Below are positions 41,592 through 51,881 of a stretch of DNA of 64,000 nt, in pieces (within the stretch, counting starts at the first letter, position 1; each line of letters opens with the position of its first letter). The notes under the pieces were generated by a model. It had not been told where the DNA came from and searched no databases. It was given only the letters and a program-made list of their open reading frames with translations. The stretch covers positions 73,966,001 to 74,030,000 of the forward strand of contig NC_083282.1 in the NCBI RefSeq assembly GCF_963506605.1, given 5' to 3'. A program made the translations under genes and the position numbers. This DNA comes from Zootoca vivipara (Eukaryota).

Positions 41592-41961
41592 CCGTATATT
41601 CCGGCATATAAGACGACTTTTTAACACCGGGAAATCATCTCAAAATTTGGGGGTCATCTTATACGCCGGGTACTGCCCGCTCGGCAAGTCCCCCGCGCAC
41701 TGCACTAAACCGGGGACTTGCTGAGCAGTGCAGGGACTCGAGCAGCGCCAGAAATCACTTCTGAGCATGTCCGCATGTCTGCACATGCTCAGAAGTGATT
41801 TCTTGCACTGTGGACATTTTGGATATGGGCAGCGCAGCATCAGAAATGGCTGCAGACATTTTTGAGTTAAAATATAGAGTATATCCCAAATTCTATACTT
41901 TAACTCAAAAATTTGGGGGTAGTCTTATATGCCCAGTCGCCTTGTACGCCGGAATATACGG
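41592..41961. mobile_element. Tc1/mariner (Tc2-like) MITE
   Basis: TA|CCGTATATTCCGGCATATAAGACGAC ... GTCGCCTTGTACGCCGGAATATACGG|TA. Confidence 0.85.
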
Positions 41962-43197
41962 TACTCTTTCCATGGCTATAACTTACTATTCCAATTATGT
42001 GAGAACAGTTCCTCCCACCCTCCTTATTTAAGACAATGACAGCTTTAAACACTTGTTTTAGATGGGCTTTTGTTTTCTTTCAAAAATCAGTTTGCATGCT
42101 GAGAAATGGCAAGGGAGGAAGTGTCTTGAAGAGAGAAACTGAACATGAGAATGCTCTTAGTTGGCAGCAGTGAGCCATGACACAGAGGGGAAATTGCAAA
42201 GGGTAGATGGAATCATTTGTGAATCAGTCGTGTGGGAAGAACTCACAGAGGGCCAGAAGATACTGCAGTAAACAAGGCCAGTGCTGCTTTCTGAAACCCA
42301 TCAGAGTGCAGAGCGGGTACTTGTAGCCCCCAGCTCATGCGGACATTGTACTACAACTCCCATCAGCTCCATCCAGAATGGGCAGTGCTCAAGGATGGTG
42401 GGAGTTGTAAGCCAGGAACACTGGTGGTTCCCAGGTGTAGTTCTAAAATATGTTTTCCCCATGCAAAATAAATAAATTTAAAATCTTCCATACAGAGCAG
42501 TGTTCTCCAAGACTTCACTGAGATCTAGTTTTCTACACTGATGGTATTTTGATACTGAGGAGCTTTCAGTGATGTGAGCATTTACCTGCAGCAGTACAGG
42601 AAAAATACAAGTTTACTATCTCACTACGCCCTATGATTCTCCAGGATTCCTATCTGTGAGATCACAACACTAGCCGTACAATTACAGGCAGCCTGGCTGT
42701 CAGTCTTAAATTGTCAAATGCAATGGAAATTACACTAACTTGCAATTACACCCCTTTTCAGATTCTCTTACAGCACCAAGACTTCTCATTTACTCACCCA
42801 TTTATAGGCTTGCAAGTCAAACGTCATTTGAAACAGTCTCTTTCTCCCCACACCTTCCTCAGTCCTGTCCTTCAGGTCGAATCCTTCCTCATTTCACTCA
42901 AGCTTACTAGTCAGGCTGCTGATGTGTTAATGAGGCTATCAGTCATGACACAGAAGGTCATGATACCACTTAAGGTGAGCAAGAGGCAACACTACAAGAA
43001 GTTGATCAGCTGTGTTACTGTGGCTGCAAAGGCCACTTCTTAAAGCAGGCATCTAAGAGCTCAGAAGTCTTGGTGGGATTTTATTTGTCCTTGTCCACAG
43101 TTGCATTACATTCCCTTGCATGGCAAGAAAGCAAAGTGAACAGAAAAGGGATATAAAACCAAGAATTCAGATAAACACCCCAGTTACTAAAATAATG

Positions 43198-43325
43198 GAA
43201 TCATAGAATTGAGGAGCTGGAAGAGGCTACAAGGGTTATCTAGTCCAATCTTTCGCACAAAGTGGGGCTCAAACCCACAACCCTGGCTTTTAGAGTCTCA
43301 TGCGCGACCTTCTGAGCTACCCAGC
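43198..43325 (-). mobile_element. tRNA-Lys-derived SINE with CR1 tail
   Basis: Reverse complement reads GCTGGGTAGCTCAG..GCATGAGACTCT..CAGGGTTGTGGGTTTGAGCCCCAC, then TTGGACTAGAT..ATTCTATGATTC. Confidence 0.65.
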
Positions 43326-43868
43326 CTCACAGTGGGGAGAGATAACTTAAGCAGCATATGGACTTCAATGACCTGTGCTAGGGATAAAATATTTGTGAAA
43401 TTGTATAAAGCCTGTGGAATAGAACACAATGAAGGTCCAAAAGAATATTAGACAGCTCTACTGCTGAAGCCAAACAAGTCTAGTTCTGTGGTTTTCCAAG
43501 ACACACCCCCTCCCAGGACCCACATGAAAAGTGATTTGAGCTCACTAGAGAACTTCTCCATATGGTTTGTTGTAATTTTCTGCCACCAGATGTCCCTCTA
43601 ATACAGTTTGCTTCAGCAATAGTTTCTTCACAAACTGTGAGAGCGAGCAGCCAATTAGGTTTCATAGATGTGTATGGACACTTTATTTCCAGACTTCATG
43701 AGCTTCCTGCAGTAAGCATAATGTGCAGGTCATCATGGAACAGGAACATCTGCTCATAGGAACCTAAGAAGCTGCCTTATACCAGGTCAAATTACTTGTC
43801 CATTGAGGACAGAGTACCCATCAGTATTCCAATTACAAGCAGATATTGAGGACACTCTTTCTTTATTA

Positions 43869-44093
43869 CAGTAATACCTCGGGTTACGAACGCGATCCGT
43901 TCCGGATCGCAGTTCGTAACCCGAATAGTTCGTAAACCGAACGCGATGGGCGCCGCCATTTTGCGCATGCGCAGATCGCGCGATCGCGCCGCTTCTGCGC
44001 ACGCGCGCGCGCGGCGAAAACACTTCCGGGGTTGCGCAGTTCGTAACCCGAACTGTTCGCAAACTGAGGTGGTCGTAACCCGAGGTACGACTG
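43869..44093. mobile_element. Young CpG-rich Tigger/pogo-like MITE
   Basis: TA|CAGTAATACCTCGGGTTACGA ... TCGTAACCCGAGGTACGACTG|TA; CpGs largely undecayed. Confidence 0.88.
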
Positions 44094-44095
44094 TA

Positions 44096-44783
44096 TTATT
44101 TATTTATTTATTTATTTATACATACATACATACATACATACATACATACCCCGCCCATCTGGCTGGGTTTCCCCAGCCACTCTGGGCGGCTTCCAACAGA
44201 AAAATAGAACACAGTAATCTATTAAACATTAAAAGCCTCCCTGAACAGGGCTGCCTTCAGATGTCTTCTAAAAGTCAGGTAGTTGTTTTCCTCTTTGACA
44301 TCTGTTGGGAGGGCGTTCCACAGGGCAGGCGCCACCACCGAGAAGGCCCTCTGCCTAGTTCTGTGCAACTTAGCTTCTCGCAACGAGGGAACCGCCAGAA
44401 GGCCCTCAGTGCTGGACCTCAATGTCCGGGCAGAATGATGGAGGTGGAGACACTCCTTCAGGTCTCCTGAGGCCATTTAGGGCTTTAAAGGTCAGCACCA
44501 ACACTTTGAATTGTGCTCGGAAACGTACTGGGAGCCAATATAGATCTTTCAAGACCGGTGTTATGTGGTCTCAGCGGCCGCTCCCAGTCACCACTCTAGC
44601 TGCCGCATTCTGGATTAGTTGTTGTTTCCGAGTCACCTTCAAAGGTAGCCCCACGTAGAGCGCATTGCAGTAGTCCAAGCGGGAGATAACTAGAGCATGC
44701 ACCACTCTGGCTAGACAGTCTGCAGGCAGGTAGGGTCTCAGCCTGCGTACCAGATGGAGCTGATAGACAGCTGCCCTGGACAC
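44096..44783 (-). mobile_element. L2 LINE 3' fragment (5'-truncated)
   Basis: The - strand encodes the L2 ORF2 C-terminal motif VHALVISRLDYCNALYVGLP..QLIQNAAARVVTG and RAFSVVAPALWNALP..FRRHLKAALF; (TTTA)n/(CATA)n tail at left. Confidence 0.88.
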
Positions 44784-45684
44784 AAGAGGAAAGCTGGAGC
44801 TACCATTGGTGCTTGAAGACTGGCAAGAAGCCCCTGGCCTAAACCTAAATTGTGCCTCCCTACCTTTACAGCTCAGGAATAAGAAATGGCTATGGAGAAG
44901 TGAAAACAGCAATAATTCCTCCAAAATTAAAGGGCACCTGAAGGCACAAGTGGCAGGTTTAGAGATGGAAGGGACCTAGGATGATTTCGTTCTTGCAGAG
45001 CCAAAGTTAGGGAGTATATGTGAAAATGTGGGCCAGAATTAAACAAAAAAACAGCTAACCTAGTGAAACATGTTGACCTTTTTTTCTTCTCTTTGAACAG
45101 CTGACTCCTATCCTGCAAGCTACTTTTGAAACCCATTCCCTGCAGTCCAATGACTGTTCTACGGCATTTCGTGGAAAGCTCCTGCATGGGAAAGCCCCTT
45201 AGGACACTGGTTTCAGTTCTTTGGATCCTAGTGTCTACGGAAGGGTTTAGTGGGCTGCATTTTAACTGAAATGTTCAAGGACAGAGACTAGAGCAGCAGA
45301 GCAGAAGTGTTGTGCCTCCATGCTCCTGTGCCCCCTCCCATAGTTTTAAAAATTCTGTCTGGTGTGCTTTTGGCTGCATCACTGCTTGTTACACCCCTCA
45401 CGGGAGTCCTCCACAGGCTGAGTCAAAGGGCACATTAGCTTGTCAATGTAATTGCAGAGCAGCAGGCAAGCTTGTGCCATCAAGTGGAGTGTTTCCGAAT
45501 ACAAAGTAAAAGTGACAAGCTGGAGAAAAAGCAAGGAAGAAGGGAAGGGAAGTGCACAAGGCCAGGCTCCACTGTTGCACAATAGCAACAGCTTTTTGCT
45601 CTTCAATTTTTCACCCTCACATGCCAAGAAGTTTCAGGTCACTACCATTTTTTGTGAAGGTCTGTGCAGCCACTGATAGTCTTC

Positions 45685-46062
45685 TCCTCAATGAATTTGT
45701 CTAATCCTATTTCAAAGCCATCCAGGTTTGTGGCCATCACTGCCTCTTGTGGGAGCAAAATCCCAGAGTTTTTGCACTATGTGAATACGGTAAGTATTTC
45801 CCCCGTCTTGAATATTCTAGCATTCAGCTTCCACGAGTTCTAGTATGGGGGAGAAATGCCTTTCCCTATCCCTATCCCATGTAATAATTTTATACACTTC
45901 TTTTGTCACCTCTTACACACCTTTTTCTAAACTACTGTAAATAGCTCCAGATGTTGTAACCTTTCCTCACAGTAATCAAATCCCATTTTTTATTTTGGTT
46001 GTGCTTTTCTGAACCTGTTCCAATTCTACAATATCGTTTTTGAGGTGAGGCAACCAGAATCT
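45685..46062 (-). mobile_element. Degenerate CR1-like LINE fragment
   Basis: ATGAATTTGTCTAATCC..AAAGCCATCCAGG..GTGGCCATCAC; a similar remnant lies at ~17530-17600. Confidence 0.5.
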
Positions 46063-47620
46063 ACTTGTCTCTAATAGCTTACATTACAAACTATTTTGTT
46101 ATTGCTTGTTTGTCAGTCTTACATGGCTGACCACCTACTGCCACTTTCTAACAACTCTCTTTTCTTTGCCTCTACCATTCTGAGTTTTCGCCAAACATTT
46201 CACTTGCATATCAGCTAATTCTCCCCACTCTGCTGCCCACTAAGCCTTCAAGTTTGAGGCTTGATGAAAATATTTGTTCATTCCACATTCCTGGATTTTG
46301 GCATTTACGTTAAACTTACTAACTTTTTCTGTTCTACAAGAGAGTTTAAACTTGCCCTGTTAATTTCAGGAACACAAATTGTCTTTTGGGTTCCACATGT
46401 GTGTGGTTTTAATGTTAAAAATAAGGAAGTTTACACAGCCCAGCTTTGATCGTACATAATGTCAAACTGATCCAATGGCATCCAGATAGTAACCAGCAGC
46501 AGAAAGAGCACACAAAAAACCCATAGTGCCCCATGCCAATGGCCAGGAAATATAACTGCAATGGGGAGAGAAACAAAATGTGAAAGCTAACCTTGGCAAT
46601 GGCTGCAATCAAAGCCCAAAGCATAACTATAACCCATACACAGAAAGCAAAACATAAAAGTTACATGGGTAAATCCGTAAGAAAAATGCCAGAATCCAGA
46701 GTCAGACAATTCATTTATTAGGGCCAACCAATATGTCACAAAATAGTGAGCACACATTCATTAGGGTGAATGTCAAGCAAAGTGGGCAGCAGAGAGGGAG
46801 AAAAGCCGCTTGGTGTTGAAGCCATAGATAATTTCAAACAAATAGTTTTGAACTCCACCGTCTCCACTAGCTTGTAAAAGCATCTCTTGCAACCAAGAAA
46901 GAATGCAGCTCCAACAATAGTAATAGAAAGGGTTGCCAGTTCCCAGCTGGATCACAGTTCTTGTGTAGAGAGAATTGCAGTATCAGATATAGGAGCTCAG
47001 AAAGTCAATCAGTAGTCTAAAACACAGAACTTACCCATATATACAAGTTCCAAAGACTTGCACATTAGCTGTGTTATTCTACTAAGGGGGGGAAACCCAG
47101 TAAATACTTTGGGGTTCGATGGACTAAAAGAAGCTTCATCTTCACCCCAAATCACCTCATCCCATCCCAATTTCCAGATGGTGTTCTCTCTTTCTTTTAA
47201 GCTGTGTTGTCATCTAGTCTGGCTGCTGCCACTTTCCCCAACTATCCTTTCCGCTGTAACCTCCCCTCTGGTTTCTTGCTTATTGTTTCCCACCTCCATT
47301 CCAATTTTATAGTTCTGCAAGCACTGACATAGCCTAGGTGGTAAGTTATTTCCAAAAAACTATAGTGCTTTCTGAACTCAAAAAATGGTCATCAAAACAC
47401 TTTGTGAGAAGGGTCAGGAGGTCAGTGACTGCCACATGAAAGTGAATGAAACAAGAGCTTTGAACTCTATTCTTTGCTTTGGCTTCCAATAAAATTGTCC
47501 TGGGAACAGAAGCGGGTAGGGGGGAAGAGGAGTTAAAATTCTGCAAATCCGAAGGCCTTAGTCCAACGAGAGTTACTGCATCATAAATGGCACTAGTCCA
47601 CAGACCAAAGTTTATAAAGC

Positions 47621-47626
47621 TTTATT
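47621..47626 (-). terminator. Candidate BLCAP poly(A) signal
   Basis: TTTATT on + (AATAAA on -) ~1.4 kb after the stop, followed on - by GU-rich CTTTGGTCTGTGG. Alternatives at 48540 and 46714. Confidence 0.45.
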
Positions 47627-49032
47627 AAACCTGTTGAACAGCTGTGCAATGAACAAACAAACAAAACAACCAAAAAAAATCTCTGTGGAGTTTTCACGAT
47701 TGGTTTCTTAGTTCCAACTCCCCTGGAAAGAAAAAGCATTTTCAGCAATGCTCTTCCAGGGAAAGATTGTGCAGAGCTAAACAGGTGGCAAAACAAGAGC
47801 ATAACCTTGAAATGTTATCCAAAAAGTATATGCCTGCTTCCCCCAAAGGACTAGCTTATGCTTCAGTGAAGCAAACGTTTCCTAAGGGAGAAACATATAT
47901 ATTTTCTGGAAATTACTGATGTGCAAGAGAGTGAAAGCCTGGGGGTGGGGATAAAGCTACGATCCAGGCATCACCACAAAAAGGTTTCCCAGAACCACAT
48001 GAAGAGCTGCAGCTTAACCATTAGTTGCTTTCTTCCTCCCATGCATTCATGCACAGGCTCATTTACTTGTGATGAGCGATAGTAATAATACTCTTGGCCT
48101 CAAAAGGAAAAGAAAGAAAAGCAGCAGGTCACTCAAGTGACAACTCCAATCCAGTATCCAGAGGCAGCCCATACCTCTCATGTCAGGCTTAGCACATACA
48201 AGCTTCTCTACTTGCACTTGCCGTTCGCCTTTTCAGGTTAGAAACACTGAGAGCTTAAAAGTCAACAGCAAAAATATTAAGAGGGATCCCATAACATTAC
48301 AACGGAGCATGCTTCTTTTCCAATTCAAGACCACTGGTAAACTGTTGATATTTGGCTGGGTGGGGTGGTGAGACAGGCTCCAGTGCCTGTGTAGTAAAAG
48401 TGGCATCATGACAACTCTGGGATTTTTGAGCTATGATCTATGCAGATAAGTATTTTGGAAAGGACTCAGGCAGTGCACACATTCCAGTTTGGCCTGCTGT
48501 GATGAATCAGCAGCCTCCTGGCTCCAACAGCTTTTAAACTTTATTAGCCATTTGCAAATCCCCCCCTCCCCGGATGTTCGGACCGAGGAACACTAGCTCT
48601 TTATCAAAAGCAAAATGGAGAGGCTTTCCAGTTTCAACAGGATCAGATGACACATGTTCCAGAGTACTGATGGCTGCATCCTCAACTAGGCAAGACCACT
48701 CCGGCATCAGGCAACACGCAAAACGTCTCTTCACCACCAAGTCGGAAACAGAAGGACCAAACGCAGGTAATACAGGGCAGGAAAAATGGGGTGGGAAAAG
48801 GCCACCCACCAACTGCTCTGTTTCAACCCCAGGACAACGTTATCACCATAAACAGCTTTTGTAAAATTTTACAGGCAGGTGGAAGGGCAGGTGATCATGA
48901 ATGAAACACTTTAATCCAGACATACAAACAGGTTGCTTGTACTCTAATCACATGCCTTAGAACCCCTCCTTCCCATAAAACCGTCCTTTTAAAGGAAAAA
49001 GAAATAAGGAGCTTGCAACCAGGTGGAGGGTT

Positions 49033-49296
49033 TTAGGTGCCAACCACATTGGGATCATGAGCAGAGTCCGGCAGCTGGGAGCCAGAGCAGTGATACAAGA
49101 AACAATTCCCCCAGCAACTGTAGCAGATGAGGAACAAGGCGGCCAAGAAGACCAAGGCACAGATTGTGCAAGGTTTCCGCTCCAACAGAAAGCTCAGTAG
49201 GTAGAAGCCCATGAACACTGAGTGACTGAACCACAAGGCTGGGTTGAGGGGCTTTGGGATGAGGAGAACAGGCAGTAACCACTGGAGGCAGTACAT
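49033..49296 (-). CDS. BLCAP: Bladder cancer-associated protein (BLCAP/BC10), complete 87-aa single-exon CDS
   Basis: [70 protein letters not shown]... is the conserved BLCAP sequence; ACCATG Kozak; known SRC-BLCAP synteny. Confidence 0.98.
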   Translation of the reverse strand: MYCLQWLLPVLLIPKPLNPALWFSHSVFMGFYLLSFLLERKPCTICALVFLAALFLICYSCWGNCFLYHCSGSQLPDSAHDPNVVGT

Positions 49297-49429
49297 GGTG
49301 TCTAGCGATCAGGGCGTCACAGTGATGGCAGCAATCCAAAACGGCAGTGTAAAACGTCTCCTCTGTGCATTCAACTCTTCCAGAATCAGATGTGACTTCA
49401 TAAAAATGTGTGGTGATATATGAGCAAGT

Positions 49430-49481
49430 CTTAACAGAAAGGTTGGGGGGGGGGAGGAAAAAAAAGAAGGGACAAGTCAGC
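49430..49481 (-). promoter_or_regulatory. BLCAP: Splice acceptor of the BLCAP coding exon (exon begins at 49429)
   Basis: On -: GCTGAC branch point, long pyrimidine tract, CTGTTAAG|ACTTG. Confidence 0.7.
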
Positions 49482-49631
49482 AAGTTGGATTTTCCAGGTG
49501 TTTTAAATTTGCATTGTGTAGTAATCCAACCCAGTTCCCCAAACCCTACTGTAGTTTTCACACTCCAAATCCCAAATCCTCATTCCCCCAGCTGCCACTC
49601 CCCTAGGTCCATGCCATCCCAAGCTCTAGTG

Positions 49632-49863
49632 CAGGGGTCAGCAACCTTTTTCAGTCCCTCAGACCATGTGGTGGGCCAGACTATATTTTGAAGGAAAAAA
49701 ATGAATGAATTCCTATGCCCCACAAATAACCCACAGATGCATTTTAAATAAAAGCACACATTCTACTCATGTAAAACACACTGATTCCCGGACCGTCTGC
49801 AGGCCGGATTGAGAAGGCGAATGGGCCGTATCCAGCCCCCGGGCCTTAGGTTGCCTACCCCTG
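49632..49863. mobile_element. hAT (Charlie-type) non-autonomous element
   Basis: CAGGGGTCAGCAACCT / AGGTTGCCTACCCCTG; TSD CTCTAGTG/CTCTATTG (7/8). Confidence 0.85.
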
Positions 49864-50225
49864 CTCTATTGGTTCCTTCTTGTAGCCTATGTGGGAAGAG
49901 ACAGAAGATGCACAAATCACTTGTGGCCTTCTTCTATCCCATGTACAGGTGATTGTCACAGGTGTTCCTCTATGTAGTTTGAAAACCATTATGCAACCAA
50001 GGTCAATTTCATTCTACAATGTTGTCAGTACTTGAGAACACAGCATCTGAACACACACAACAACTGAATTCATTCACACACACTCCTCTCTCTCCCTTGC
50101 TCACACAGACACTGCAATAAAGTTGGAACATGAAAAGATCAGCACATCTTCAGAGTTCTTCTTGATTTTATTTTCTTCATTATTTCGAGACCACTGTTGT
50201 GCTATATTGTCCAAGTGTGCAAGTA

Positions 50226-50474
50226 CAGTGGTACCTTGGTTCTCGAACTTAATCCATTCCGGGAGTCTGTTCGACTCCTGAAACGGTTCAAAAAGCAAGG
50301 CGCGGCTTCCAATTGCTGCAGGAGCTTCCGGCACTTGATCAGAAAAAGCGGAAGCTGTGTCGGACGCCCAGCTTCCAAAAAATGTTCGCAAACCGGAACA
50401 CCCACTTCCAGGTTTGCAGTGTTCAGGAGCCGATTTGTAGGGAACCCAGTCGTTCGAGCACCAAGGTACCACTG
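50226..50474. mobile_element. Tigger/pogo-like MITE
   Basis: TA|CAGTGGTACCTTGGT ... ACCAAGGTACCACTG|TA. Confidence 0.88.
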
Positions 50475-50510
50475 TATCTGCTTCAAATCTTGCCTCAGTC
50501 TTGAATTCAC

Positions 50511-50755
50511 CAAGTTACTTGCCCAATGTTGCTACCTCTCTGACTCTGTTGTAGGGACCGCTGAAAATGTATATGAAGCACTTTCAACTAGTGACATTCC
50601 CTATCAAATATGTTTAGTGGGTAAACCAGAGATTTGTTAGAGCCATGATTACGAACCCTACATTCTTGGCTAATTATATCCAGGGGAACTTCCTACTTTC
50701 AGACACCTTTCACTGCCCTCCCCACCTTCAAAGGCTTCTTGCCTTCTCCTGATAA
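50511..50755 (-). promoter_or_regulatory. BLCAP: Candidate editing complementary sequence (ECS) for BLCAP A-to-I editing
   Basis: Five colinear blocks complementary (with G-U pairs) to the BLCAP 5'UTR and first codons; BLCAP is an established ADAR recoding target with an intronic ECS. Confidence 0.65.
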
Positions 50756-51179
50756 GCTGCAGCTCTCAGTCATCATTGCTTCATCTACAAACAGGAGGCA
50801 GAAGCAAGAGAGTCGGAAAGAGAACTACTGAAAAAGCACAGTTCAAATAATACACAGCTTCCCCGAATACAAGTATCACTAAGGCTATGGCCACTACAGA
50901 GACAAATGCAAAGCAAAGCCTAGAACTCCATGCCCTGTCACTTGAGCTTCAGACAAGAGGAAGCAACTATGTTTTTGCATTATGAACGTTGAACAACTAA
51001 GAGGAAAACTTACTGTAGCCCTTCCAGCAAACAGCTAATTGTTAAGCAAGGAAGGAAAAGAATAATTCTTTATTTTCTGAAGGCCAACCATAGGAAAAGA
51101 GAGAGACCAGGATATTCTGGGCTCAATCCAGGTGGATTTTCTATATATACTCCATTGTGAAGAATTTGTCTGATGTCAC

Positions 51180-51571
51180 TGTGAGCATTTTCACCCCTCC
51201 CATTCTGAAAATCTGGTGATATCTGCTGTTGGGAGGGAACAGTTAGGAATTGTTACTTTGTTGTTTTTCATTCCTGACTCTGCTCTCTGCTGTGTGCTGT
51301 GTGCAGTTTAATATCTTCTGTAGACAAGATGGCTAAGTGAGAGGCTGTAACACTCACAAAGCCAGATCTGTAAATATTCAGTAGTTAATAGAAATAAATG
51401 AGGAATGTTTTGAAACCTCTACAAATGCTTCTGCTGTTCACTGCTGATTTGGTGCTCATAAAGCCCAGTTATGAGTCCATGATTCCCGGGTGTATGCTGA
51501 AGGTGTTCCAGACGTCCTGCCCAGGCATAGGGGCCTAAGAAGACCTGGACAGATCCTGGCATTTACCCACA
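51180..51571 (+). repeat. 5' LTR (392 bp)
   Basis: TGTGAG...ACCCACA; AATAAA at 51393-51398; no difference from the 3' LTR found by eye. Confidence 0.97.
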
Positions 51572-51573
51572 TA

Positions 51574-51592
51574 TGGTAGCAGGCGGATGGTT
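51574..51592 (+). promoter_or_regulatory. Primer-binding site complementary to the 3' end of initiator tRNA-Met
   Basis: TGGTAGCAG-gc-GGATGGTT versus the reverse complement of the vertebrate tRNA-iMet 3' end, TGGTAGCAG-a-GGATGGTT; starts 2 nt after the LTR. Confidence 0.85.
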
Positions 51593-51881
51593 GCTGGTAG
51601 CAGACTGGTGGTTGCAGATGGCTATTGATGGTTGGATAATTGGATGTTTCTGATCCATTTCCATCTGATGCTGCACATCGGAGTTGAGCTGTGAGCTGAA
51701 GCTGTTTTTCAAGCTGCTGTTTGATTTACAGAAAGGTATGTTGCTGGCTGCCAAGAAGACAGCAGAGACGCTTTTCCAGTTTGCCTGTTAATTGTGCTGA
51801 GTGGGGAGAGAAGTTGCTGAGAGAGTCAAGAGTATTTGGGGTGCATGAAGGGAAGTGTCTTGCTGTTAACTAAACACAGGC

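Noticed and set aside
43260-43325. tRNA-Lys gene (and tRNA-like sequence at ~22090)
   Set aside because: Degenerate and fused to a CR1-type tail: SINE heads, not tRNA genes.
43946-44924. ORFs of 174 and 117 aa
   Set aside because: Antisense or fragmentary readings of a MITE and a truncated L2.
49055-49561. 168-aa ORF overlapping BLCAP in another frame
   Set aside because: Starts at a non-ATG codon inside the intron and runs through the pyrimidine tract; not present in spliced mRNA.
49560-49595. Alternative ECS (CTCCAAATCCCAAATCCTCATTCCCCCAGC resembles BLCAP codons 11-20)
   Set aside because: A single low-complexity block, not colinear with the five-block ECS. Could be a minor helper for the K/R site but unsupported.
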